This document shows, piece after piece, positions 24,956 to 34,642 of a stretch of 64,000 bases of DNA. Origin of the DNA: an uncultured Chloroflexia bacterium (GTDB lineage: Bacteria > Chloroflexota > Anaerolineae > B4-G1 > SLSP01); assembly GCA_963751345.1 (NCBI GenBank), contig CAVVUS010000040.1, positions 32,001-96,000 on the forward strand. Reading direction: 5' to 3'. The notes under the pieces were generated by a model that worked only from the letters and a program-made list of their open reading frames with translations, was not told the origin of the DNA and did not search any database. Position numbers and translations under genes: made by a program. Position 1 is the first letter of the stretch, and every line of letters starts with the position of its first letter.

Positions 24956-27389
24956 GTGCTCCTCATGGAAGTGCTCCAATCGAGGGAGACCTGGCACTTC
25001 GACATCCGCTCGGCCATCATCGGGGCCATCCTCGCCTGGATCGTGGTCGGCGCTCTCTACAGCCAGCGTGTGGTCGTGCGCCGGGTTGCTCGCAACGTCT
25101 GGGAGCCGATCGCAGCTTGGCGCCGTAGGCTCAGGGCCAGCCAGGGAGAGAAATACGCAAGAGCCTTAGAGGAGACGCTCAGGCGTCTCCTGTTGCTTGA
25201 ACCCACGTCACCAGACCTCGTTCTCAGGTCACCTACGTACCAGGCGCTCGCCCCGCTGCCGACAAGTGTGGCAGAGGCTGCAACGGCCCCCCGTACCATG
25301 AGCGTGCCGCAGGCCGCGCTGCTGGCCGGGCATAACAGACTCGTTCTCACGGGAAGGCAGGGAACCGGTCGCACGTCAGCACTCATCATCACCGCGCGAG
25401 AGCTGATGAGCGCGGGGCGCGGCGAGGCCGATCGCCAGGCGCAGCGTCTGCCGGTGTGGATTGACCTGGCATGCCTCCCGCAGGCCAAGGTAAAGCGGAA
25501 GACGACGCCGGTGGACCAGCTTGTGGAGCTGGCGACAGCGTTTCTTCCGGAGGTGCTCCCATCGTGGCTCTCCCAGCGTCTGCGGCGGGAGCCGTGCGCC
25601 ATACTCATGGACAACTGGGAAGCATTGACCCAGGATCAGCGCATGCAAGTCGCCGGATGGATCCGTGACGCCAACGAGAGCTTCGACGACGTCGTCTGGA
25701 TTGTAGCGAGCGCACCGGAGGGCTACGGCCTGCTCGTAGAGGCAGGCTTCGTGCCCATCGAGCTTCGGACGGGCCTGGACAGGGCCAAGGTGTCTGGCCT
25801 ATATCAAGCCTGGCGCGAACTACTTGCCAAGGACGGTGCCCAGAGTGATGACGAGATCCCGGACGCCATCCTTGAGGCTGCGGATGCCGGGGCGCCCCTC
25901 TGGGAGCTTCACCTGCGATCGCTCGTGCATCTTGAGACCGGCGAGCTGCCGGAGCGACCGGTCGAAGTCATCGATCGCGCACTGCAGCTCAAAATGGAAG
26001 CCGTTGACCTCGGCCGCATGCCCGAGGATGCTGCCGTCCAGGCAAGGGAGATCGCTCTATTGGCCATGGTGAAGCTCGCCGTGGCGGAGCGGCTGGAGGG
26101 CCATGTCCTCTCGGAACAGGTGCTGCGCAGCACTATCGTGGCAAGTATGCCACCGAAGCCTGATCACGCGCGGCGATTGGAGGCCACGGTTCACAAGCTC
26201 TTGACCACGAGTGGTCTGCTGCGCGCAGAGGGCAAGGATTGGCGGATCGCGCATGGGATATGGGCGGACTACCTGGCGGCAATCCATATGGCCGAGAGCG
26301 AGGAGGGGAATGCCGAGGTCGAGGAGCACCTGGATGACCCGACCTGGGACATGCTTACTGAACTCTACGCAGGGATGGCAGATGTTGGGGCTATGGTCCA
26401 GACGCTGGCCAACCAAGCCGCAGTAGAGGCTGATGAGTGGCCCTTGCTGCGGGCGGCGCGCTGGGGAGTCTCGGCCGACCCGGGACAGCCCTGGCGCAAA
26501 GCTCTCAACAAAGTGCTCGCCCAGGCTTTCATGCGTGAGACGCTGGATACGAGAGAGCCGGCTGGAGCTCACCCACGCACTGGCATCGGTCGCCGGCGAT
26601 GGGGCACGGGCGTTCTTCGTTCGAATGCTGCGACAGTCGGCCCCAGGTCTTCGCGCCGCATCACTGCGTGGATTGGGCTGGTGCGGCGAGACCCACGATA
26701 TGGCCGTTCTCGCTGCGGCGCTGCGCGATCAGGACCAGGGCATTCGCGAGAGCGCCGTCAAGGCGCTGCGGGATCTGGGCACCCCTGGCGCCGTCGCTTA
26801 TTTGGTCGAGAGCCTGCCCCAGGTGGACGAGACGCTGATGCCCGTCATCGCCGAGGCCCTTGCAGCGTCACCGGAGGGCGAACGAGCTCTCGACGAAGCC
26901 GTCAGACACCCAGATCTTCTCGTGCGACGGGCGGCAGCCCTCGGTCTCGGTCACGTCAGTGACGCTTGGGCGAGAGAACGGCTGTTGGAGATTGCGCGCG
27001 AGGACGCGGAATGGCTCGTGCGCTCAGCGGCAGAGACGGCCCTGCAGAGGCTCGACGAACACGCACAACGCCAGGTCAGGATACCGCCGCAGCCGCAGCC
27101 CGACCAACTCGACTGGCTCATGGGATGGGCAGCCCGCCAGGGCAGCGGGTTGGGCGTCGGAGACGCGGCCATGCAGATGTTGGTGCGCGCTGCACGTGAA
27201 GGCAATGTCGACGCCAAGGTTCTGAGCGCTCTTACGCTGGCCCAAATCGGCAGAGAGGATGATCTGCGGGCATTGGAGCCCCTTCTGGGAGATCCGGATC
27301 TCGCTGTGAGCCAGACAGCAGCTTGGGCCACTCGGAGGATTAGGAAGCGCTATCGGCTCGCCGAGACGCTGATGACATCGGGCGACTGA
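24956..27389 (+). CDS. N-terminal TM, NACHT-like NTPase and HEAT-repeat protein; frameshift near 26555
   Basis: GRQGTGRT Walker-A-like, ILMDNWE Walker-B-like, HEAT repeats (IRESAVKAL, VRRAAALGLG, VRSAAETAL). Confidence 0.7.
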
Positions 27390-27437
27390 TATGCGCGGCG
27401 TATTGGGCGGACGAGCCGGTTCGCCCGCGCGCGAACG

Positions 27438-28235
27438 TTACGCCGTCTCAGGCTGCCAGGTGACTACGTGTCCATCCCCGGATAGGATCTCGCGGGCCAG
27501 TGCCATATAGGCCACGGCGCCCTGCGAACGTGGTGCATAGCAGACGCCGGGCTCCCCGTAGCTCGGTGCTTCGCTCAGGCGCACACTTCGGGGAATGACC
27601 GAAGCGAAGACGCGCTTTGGGAAGTACCGTCGGACCTCCTCCACAACTTCGTGCGCCAGCGATGTGCGTCGATCGTACATCGTCATCACGACCCCACGAA
27701 GCGCCAGGTTCTTATTGAGGGCACGCTGCACCAATGTGATCGTGTGCGTGAGCTGGGTCAAGCCCTCAAGCGCGAGATACTCGCACTGGACCGGGACGAT
27801 CACGCCCTGAGCTGCCACCAAGGCGTTCACGGTGAGCACACCCAGGCTGGGGGGGGAGTCAATCAAGAGATAGTCATAGCCCTCGACCGACGCCAGAGCT
27901 GTCGCAAGTCGTGCCACCCGCAGATGCGCAGGCTCGGAGTTCAGCTCAACCGAGGCCCCGGCCAGACCGGGCGTGCTGGGCACCAGCGACAGGCCGTCCC
28001 ACCGCGTGGCCCGCTCGATCTCGGCAATCGAGGTATCCCCGACGAGCGCATCATAGATCGAGGAGTCCAGCGAGCGCGCGTCCAGGCCCAGACTCGTCGT
28101 GGCATTGCACTGAGGATCGATATCGACGACCAGCACACGAAAGCCCCAGCCCGCCATCGCAGCAGCCACGTTAACGACGGTCGTGGTCTTGCCCACACCG
28201 CCCTTCTGGTTCGCGAACGCATAGCGTAGCGTCAT
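27438..28235 (-). CDS. parA: ParA/Soj ATPase
   Basis: NQKGGVGKTTT, DIDPQCNAT, DSPPSLG, PVQCEYLALEG, RLSEAPSYG. Confidence 0.93.
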   Translation of the reverse strand: MTLRYAFANQKGGVGKTTTVVNVAAAMAGWGFRVLVVDIDPQCNATTSLGLDARSLDSSIYDALVGDTSIAEIERATRWDGLSLVPSTPGLAGASVELNSEPAHLRVARLATALASVEGYDYLLIDSPPSLGVLTVNALVAAQGVIVPVQCEYLALEGLTQLTHTITLVQRALNKNLALRGVVMTMYDRRTSLAHEVVEEVRRYFPKRVFASVIPRSVRLSEAPSYGEPGVCYAPRSQGAVAYMALAREILSGDGHVVTWQPETA

Positions 28236-28242
28236 CTCTTGG

Positions 28243-29151
28243 CTACAGGTCCCCGCGCAGATGGAGACCCCGGCAGATCTCCACGTCAGCCGAACCGGGT
28301 ACCCCTTCGGGCCCAACCCGCGCGACGGATCTGGACGCCAGGCATGCAGCGAAGTGGGCCGCCTGCACGGGGGGGACTCCTGACGAAACGGTGTCAAACA
28401 GCGCCGCCGCAAAGATGTCGCCGGCACCGGTGGGATCGACCTCCGCTACCTGCAGCGCCGGAAAAGGATTCGGAACGCCATCGAGGAAGACGATGCCGCC
28501 CCTGGCCCCCATCGTGACGACAAGCAGGTGGGTCAATCCGGCTATCCGCTTGGCTTTCTGCCAGTTCCCCTGGACGTCATCCAGGCTGAATACTACCGCT
28601 GATGCCCTGTGCAGTGCGGCTTCCTCGACACACCACGCATGGGGATGCACTCGACCCTCGCCGTTCTGGGACCGCATCCATCCCTGAGGCGTGATACCGA
28701 CAAAGGTGCGATCCGAGAAGGATGTGATCAGATCCGGACTGCACTCGCCAATGACCGGACCGATGTGCGCGACGCGTGGGCTTCGCCAGCTCGCGGGCAC
28801 TGACGCCCCGGAGAGGGGACTGGCCAGTCCGTGGACGCGCTGAGAGCGACTGCCATTCACGTAGGTGTTCGTAAAGGTCGTCGTCATGGCGGCTCGCTCG
28901 CAGGACACGGAGATCGAACCGTTGAATATGGAGAAATCAAAGTCTGTGCCGGCGCTCGTCAGAATCCCGACGGAACGACGAAGCGCAGCCACCGTCAACG
29001 CAGCATACGATACCGTTCCCCCGATGGCATACGTATCATCGGACAGCACGTCGTGTGTGACGTGACCGATGGCCAGGTAGTCGAGGGGCGCTACCACCCC
29101 ATCACAGTCCGTGGGGATATGCCATACGTCAACTGGCACCGAGGCGAGCAA
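28243..29151 (-). CDS. PfkB-family carbohydrate kinase (start uncertain)
   Basis: GGTVSYAA, VTMGARG, DPTGAGDIF. Confidence 0.85.
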   Translation of the reverse strand: MLASVPVDVWHIPTDCDGVVAPLDYLAIGHVTHDVLSDDTYAIGGTVSYAALTVAALRRSVGILTSAGTDFDFSIFNGSISVSCERAAMTTTFTNTYVNGSRSQRVHGLASPLSGASVPASWRSPRVAHIGPVIGECSPDLITSFSDRTFVGITPQGWMRSQNGEGRVHPHAWCVEEAALHRASAVVFSLDDVQGNWQKAKRIAGLTHLLVVTMGARGGIVFLDGVPNPFPALQVAEVDPTGAGDIFAAALFDTVSSGVPPVQAAHFAACLASRSVARVGPEGVPGSADVEICRGLHLRGDL

Positions 29152-29186
29152 TTGCAGACATGATGCTGGCCATCGCGGCCATCATC

Positions 29187-30174
29187 CTACCGCTTATCGG
29201 TTTCCGACTTGGATACGGGGATAATCGTCACAGCACGATCCCGCCCGTTGCCGACACTCTCAGTGGAAACCCGATCGTCGTCACGCAGAACGATATGGAT
29301 GATACGTCGTTCGTGAGCGGGCATCGGACGAAGGCGTACCGTCTGCCCTTCCTCCACCGCCTGATCAGCCTTCGCCTGCGCCATCGACTCTATGCTCCGG
29401 CGACGGCGTCTACGATAGCCATCAGCGTCGACCACGACATTGTAGTCACCATCGAGACGATGGTATATCAGTGCACGGAAGAGGTACTGAACGGAGTGCA
29501 GATTTCGCGCACGCGGTCCGACCAGCGCATCCGCATCCTTGCCGGAAAGAGAAACCCAGAGCGTCGGGCGATCCTCATCGATCCATTCCACAGTTGCCGT
29601 GACATCCATACCCGGAAGCATATGGGCCATGATGTCCTCAGCGATGGTCTGTCAGCCGGTCACGGTCCAGGCCATCAGACACAGGTGTGCTCTGTGGGGG
29701 CACCGCCTGACGCGGTCTAGGCTCGCGAACCGTCTCGGCACCCCGATCAGAACGGCTTGGGGCTTCCGTTTCGCCACCGACGGGCGCCGTCTTCGGAGCG
29801 ACAGGTGCTGATCTCTCAACGGCAACCGCAGCAGCTGGGGTTTCACCGGCGGCGACCGGCGACACAACCGGAGCGGCTTCCTGAACTGGCTCCGGCATCT
29901 CCGGCGCCTGTGGCTCCGTCGCGGTTGTCTGCACGGCGGCTGCAGGACCGGATGCCGGTCGGGCCGCGGGTGCCTCCATCGTCACCGGTCGCTGCGGAGC
30001 ACGCACAAGGCGCACCTTTGCCTCACGTGACCCGATGCCGAGGAACCCGTGACTGCCTTCATCCAGGACCTCGATCTCTACCTCATCACGCGTCGCCATA
30101 AGCCGGGTCAGCCCGACAATGATCGCTTCCTCTACTGAGGGGGCCGACACCTCAACTGAATCATCTGATCCCAT
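29187..30174 (-). CDS. jag: Jag/EloR (KhpB) RNA-binding protein; frameshift near 29640
   Basis: Jag_N (SVEEAI..GFLGIG), KH region, R3H (MPAHERRIIH). Confidence 0.9.
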
Positions 30175-30299
30175 CTATACATCCTCCTGCACACGTAATG
30201 GCACCCAAGTGCCAATCCGGAGTACGATTCATAGCCTGGCCATAACCGTGACGGACTAGCTGACACTACCGCCGCCTGAGGGCCCGTCCACCTACCGTC

Positions 30300-31079
30300 T
30301 TAGCCCTTCGAAGCCGCTGCTCGCTTCGGCGACCTCTGGGGAGCTTTCTGGCTCCCCGAATCATTCGTAGGTGCAGCCGTCGCGTAGTGCCGCCGGAAGA
30401 GGAAATACTGCAGAACGCCGACCAGGTTCGAGATCAAGAAGTAAATGGCCAGCCCCGATGCATACGTGGCCGAGAAGAACCCGGTCATCAGTGGCATCAT
30501 AATCATCATCTGCTTGCTCATCGCTGCCGCCTGTGGATCTGCAGAAGGCGGCGTCAGCAGCTTCTGATAATACCACGAGGTGATCACCACGAGCACGGGC
30601 AGCACGTAGAACGGATCCGGCAACGCCAGGTCCAGCCACAGGAATTGGCTCCGCAGGGGGAGCAGCGTGCTGAGGCTTGGGATCCACCGGTAAATGTCAC
30701 TGGGCAGCGCCAGCAGTTGCAGCGGCGTGGCAGCCAGGACGCGGATGATCGCCTGATACAGACCGATCATCAGAGGAAGCTGGATGACCAGCGTCAAACA
30801 CCCGCCGAGGGGGTTGATGCCGGCCTCACGGTACAGCTTCATCTGCTCCTGGGACAGCTTCTCCCGATCGTCTTTGTATTTCTTCTGAAGCTCATCCAGC
30901 TTCGGCTTCAGCTCCTGCTGCTGCTTAGCGCCCTGCTGCTGTTTCAGCTGTAGCGGCGTGAGGGCCAACCGCAGAAGCAGGGTCACCATAGCCACGGCAA
31001 CGATCGTCTGCTGACCGAGAAACTTGTAGAGCAGCAGCATTAGGTTGATAACGGGTTGTATCAGGACAGCATTAAACAC
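30300..31079 (-). CDS. yidC: YidC/Oxa1 membrane protein insertase (short form)
   Basis: QEQMKLYREAGINPLGGCL, FLWLDLALPDP, GLAIYF. Confidence 0.92.
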   Translation of the reverse strand: MFNAVLIQPVINLMLLLYKFLGQQTIVAVAMVTLLLRLALTPLQLKQQQGAKQQQELKPKLDELQKKYKDDREKLSQEQMKLYREAGINPLGGCLTLVIQLPLMIGLYQAIIRVLAATPLQLLALPSDIYRWIPSLSTLLPLRSQFLWLDLALPDPFYVLPVLVVITSWYYQKLLTPPSADPQAAAMSKQMMIMMPLMTGFFSATYASGLAIYFLISNLVGVLQYFLFRRHYATAAPTNDSGSQKAPQRSPKRAAASKG

Positions 31080-31117
31080 GATGCAATCTCCTAGTCAGTT
31101 CATCAAGTCCGGTGCAC

Positions 31118-32309
31118 TCAGTTCGCGGCCGCTGGTTCTGGTGCCGACCATAGCAGATTACCAGTGGCGAAATCGAAGGCCTGAATACGTTCCTGGACCA
31201 AGATGGGCATGGTGTACAGCCGTTGTTCGTCTGCCACAAGGTCACCTGGTAGACGCCCCGGATTGTCGGGATGCGTTCCCCAGTTCTGATCCAGTGTGCC
31301 CGTCGCCGTATCTGATCGCGTAAACGAGACCTTTTTCATAGCCCGCGACGTATAACAAGGTGCCGTCGGGGTTCAACGCGGCGCGACCATGAACGACGTC
31401 TCCCACTGCAACCGGTGCATTCCAGACCATCGTCTGCGTCGCGACATCGACTGCATAGACGTTACCGCTCACATCAGCAAAATAGAGCACGCCGTTGTCC
31501 AGCACCGGCGTCGCCCAGAGCCAATCACTGGCATCGAAGGTCCACGCGATCTCGTGCTTGGCAATGTCGACGCGATAGAGATGGGAGGCAAAGTCGCCCA
31601 GCCAGAGATCACCGTCGGCGTAGACCGGCGTCATGGCGATGGCGCCATCGAACTCCAAGCGCCAAAGCTCAGCCCCGGTCGCCATGTCGAGAGCATAGAG
31701 ACGGTGGTCCAGGGAGGCGACATAGGCAACACCGTCGATGACAACGGGGGTCGCCCACACACGGTCGTGTGTTGCGAATTGCCAGACCTCGGTCCCGTCC
31801 TCCAGGTTGAGTGCGTAGACTTTCCCATCACCGTTGCCGATGACAAAAAGCCCGTTGGCCACCGCGCCGGAGCCCACATACTGGCCGCCCGCCCCTGGGA
31901 AACTCCACAGCTCATCGGGGACCTCGGTTGCCGAGGTTCCAAGCTTGAGCGCATAGACAGTGTGGTCTGAAAACCCGGCGACCAACAGTAATCCGTTGTC
32001 ACCGAAGTCGGGAGCCAGCACCGGCGTGGAATAGAACGGTCCCACGCCCTTTTCCACAGCCGTGGGGAAGCTCCAATAGAGTTTGCCGGTTTCGGCATTC
32101 AGCGCCTCAATTTGCTCCAAGTCGGCCGCGTACAGCGTACCATCCACTGAGATTAGGCCGGGCCAACTCGTTTGACGGAGTCCGCCGGAACATCCCGTCA
32201 GTACAACCGCCAGCAGAACGACTGCCAGCAGCACATGCAATCCCCGCCGCGACTTGCCGGCGAAACGGGACATAAAACGGCGGTCAGAATGACTCCGCCA
32301 ACTTGCCAT
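31118..32309 (-). CDS. PQQ-like/BamB-like beta-propeller lipoprotein; frameshift near 31315
   Basis: Lipobox LTGC; repeated YALD..TG..LW blades; AGGAGG RBS. Confidence 0.85.
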
Positions 32310-32350
32310 ACTTCCTCCTACCAATGATAACGGGTAAGGCTCCCGGTTGG

Positions 32351-32611
32351 CTAGCAACTCGGGACCGACCCGGCGTGGACATCGCCCGTCTGCGCCCCAA
32401 CTTCGGGCACAGGATCGTACCCACCGGGGTTGAAGGGGTTGCACCGAACAATTCTCTTGGCCCCCATCCATCCCCCTTTGAGAATACCAAACCGATCGAT
32501 CGCGACATACGTATACTGTGAACAAGTGGGTGTGAATCGGCAGGATGGTGGCAGGAACGGGGAGATGAAACGCTGATAGATACGCAGCATACCCAGAACC
32601 AGACTCTTCAC
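32351..32611 (-). CDS. yidD: Membrane protein insertion efficiency factor YidD
   Basis: [29 protein letters not shown]. Confidence 0.93.
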   Translation of the reverse strand: MKSLVLGMLRIYQRFISPFLPPSCRFTPTCSQYTYVAIDRFGILKGGWMGAKRIVRCNPFNPGGYDPVPEVGAQTGDVHAGSVPSC

Positions 32612-32612
32612 G

Positions 32613-32966
32613 CTAGACTCCAACATCACACTCAGATCCGGAGAAGGATGCCAGCGCCGCGCGTTCCAGCAACGAACGTAAGGCAACCTCCGCCTGATGC
32701 TCATTCGCGCCCGTCAGTTCGGTGCGCGCGACAAACACGATATCCCATCCTGACGCTATGCAACCATACAAGCGCCGAGCGGCTTCCCGTAGTAACCTTC
32801 GAGCACGATTACGGGCCACAGCATTGCCGACTTTCCGGCTCGCCGTGATACCTACCCGTGTATGATCCAGCAGATTGGGTGCACGCCACATCACAAACAG
32901 CGGATGCGCCCACGATCGCCCTTCAGACCGAACTCTGCGAAAGTCATCTGGACGCCGAAGGCGCAT
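32613..32966 (-). CDS. rnpA: Ribonuclease P protein component (start may be slightly upstream)
   Basis: [33 protein letters not shown]. Confidence 0.93.
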   Translation of the reverse strand: MRLRRPDDFRRVRSEGRSWAHPLFVMWRAPNLLDHTRVGITASRKVGNAVARNRARRLLREAARRLYGCIASGWDIVFVARTELTGANEHQAEVALRSLLERAALASFSGSECDVGV

Positions 32967-33010
32967 CTGCTTCTTCCAGTGGGAATCACCGACAAGGCTT
33001 CCCACCCGTT

Positions 33011-33214
33011 CTACTTGCGGCGGCGCGGTCTCTGAGAAGATTCCTTCCAGTTGACACGCTTGGCACCACCGAGCTTGACGGGAATCAAGTCGTGGCGCCC
33101 CTTCTGTCGACGGCGCTTCAGCACCGTGCGACCATTCTTCGTCTCCATCCGCGCTCGGAAGCCGTGCGTGCGCATTCGCTTTCGTTTCTTCGGCTGATAA
33201 GTTCGCTTCGTCAT
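33011..33214 (-). CDS. rpmH: 50S ribosomal protein L34 with C-terminal extension
   Basis: [28 protein letters not shown]. Confidence 0.95.
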   Translation of the reverse strand: MTKRTYQPKKRKRMRTHGFRARMETKNGRTVLKRRRQKGRHDLIPVKLGGAKRVNWKESSQRPRRRK

Positions 33215-33353
33215 TATGCGTCTCCTTACCCGAATTCACTCTCTTATCTTCACCACGCAGCGCCGCACGGGCCCCTTACACGAAAATCGCGCGGTCACCC
33301 GCGGCGGTTTGCATTGTGAAGTGTGACATCGTAACCTTGATACGACCCAGCGT

Positions 33354-33381
33354 ATTATACCGTATGCGTTGCTTTAGTCAA
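33354..33381 (-). promoter_or_regulatory. Promoter of the rpmH operon
   Basis: TTGACT-16-TATAAT. Confidence 0.65.
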
Positions 33382-33608
33382 TCATCAGGGCCGACAGCGG
33401 CGGACCGGCAAACCTTCACAAGATCGACATGCCGCTTACGCCTGGCACCCACGGCAGGGCCAGGCACCTATCATAACGCATATCCTCCACAGCAGACCGG
33501 GCCTCACCGAGTTTTGTACTATACTATAGACAATTATCAATTCAAGTGATTGCCGGGCGGGCCATCCGCCACTGGGTGGACCGGCAGTCAAGCGTAAGGA
33601 GGTGAACG

Positions 33609-34640
33609 ATGAAGGCGATGGTACTGGACAAGCTCGTCAAGATGGGCGAGGTCGACGAGCCGCTCTCCCTGGTCGACCTGCCGGATCCGGAGCCGGCCGA
33701 GGGCGAGATTCTGATTCGCGTTTCGGTGTGCGGTGTCTGCCATACCGAGTTGGATGAGATCGAGGGGCGCACAGCTCCGCCCAGGTTTCCGGTCGTACCG
33801 GGCCACCAGGTTGTAGGCTACGTCGAGGAAAGAGGCAAGCAGGTAAACCGCTTCGAGGTAGGAGACCGTGTCGGTGTCGGCTGGATCTACTCGGCGTGCG
33901 GCCACTGCCACTACTGCCGGAACGGCCAGGAGAACCTCTGCGCGGACTTCAGGGCCACCGGTCGCGATGCGAATGGCGGCTATGCGGAGTATATGACGGT
34001 GGCGCAGCGTTTCGCCTATCCCATCCCGGACGTGTTCTCAGATGCAGAGGCAGCGCCCCTCCTGTGCGCGGGAGCCGTTGGATTCCGATCTCTCCGCCTC
34101 GCCCACCTCCAGGACGGGCAGCCCTTGGGCCTGACGGGGTTTGGCGCCTCGGGACATCTGGTGCTTCCCACAGCCCGCCACAAGTACCCGCACTCAGATG
34201 TGTATGCCTTCGCGCGTAACCCGGACGAACGCCAGTTTGCCGACGAGCTGGGCGCGGTCTGGTCAGGAGAGACCGAGGCTCGAGCACCGGTTAGCCTCGC
34301 TGCCATCATCGACACGACACCCGCCTGGAAGCCGGTGGTGGAGGCGCTCAAGAACCTAGCACCCGGCGGTCGCCTGGTCATCAACGCGATCCGCAAAGGA
34401 GCCGGCGACCGGGACGAGTTGCTGCGTCTCAACTATGCTGACGACCTCTGGATGGAACGAGAGATCAAAAGCGTCGCGAACGTCACGCGCGCCGATCTTG
34501 AGGAGTTCCTACCCTTGGCCGCCGAGATCCCCCTCAAGCCCACCATCCAGGAGTTCGACCTGGAGGATGCCAACAGAGCGCTGATGGAGCTTCGCGAGGG
34601 AAGGATACGTGGCGCGAAGGTTCTCCGAGTCAGTTCATAG
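33609..34640 (+). CDS. Zn-dependent alcohol dehydrogenase family protein
   Basis: CGVCHTE, PGHQVVG, CGHCHYC..NLC, GFGASG; AAGGAGG RBS. Confidence 0.92.
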   Translation: MKAMVLDKLVKMGEVDEPLSLVDLPDPEPAEGEILIRVSVCGVCHTELDEIEGRTAPPRFPVVPGHQVVGYVEERGKQVNRFEVGDRVGVGWIYSACGHCHYCRNGQENLCADFRATGRDANGGYAEYMTVAQRFAYPIPDVFSDAEAAPLLCAGAVGFRSLRLAHLQDGQPLGLTGFGASGHLVLPTARHKYPHSDVYAFARNPDERQFADELGAVWSGETEARAPVSLAAIIDTTPAWKPVVEALKNLAPGGRLVINAIRKGAGDRDELLRLNYADDLWMEREIKSVANVTRADLEEFLPLAAEIPLKPTIQEFDLEDANRALMELREGRIRGAKVLRVSS

Positions 34641-34642
34641 GG

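Noticed and set aside
33215-33608. Possible oriC upstream of rpmH
   Set aside because: No dnaA and no consensus DnaA boxes; the AT-rich parts are explained by promoters.
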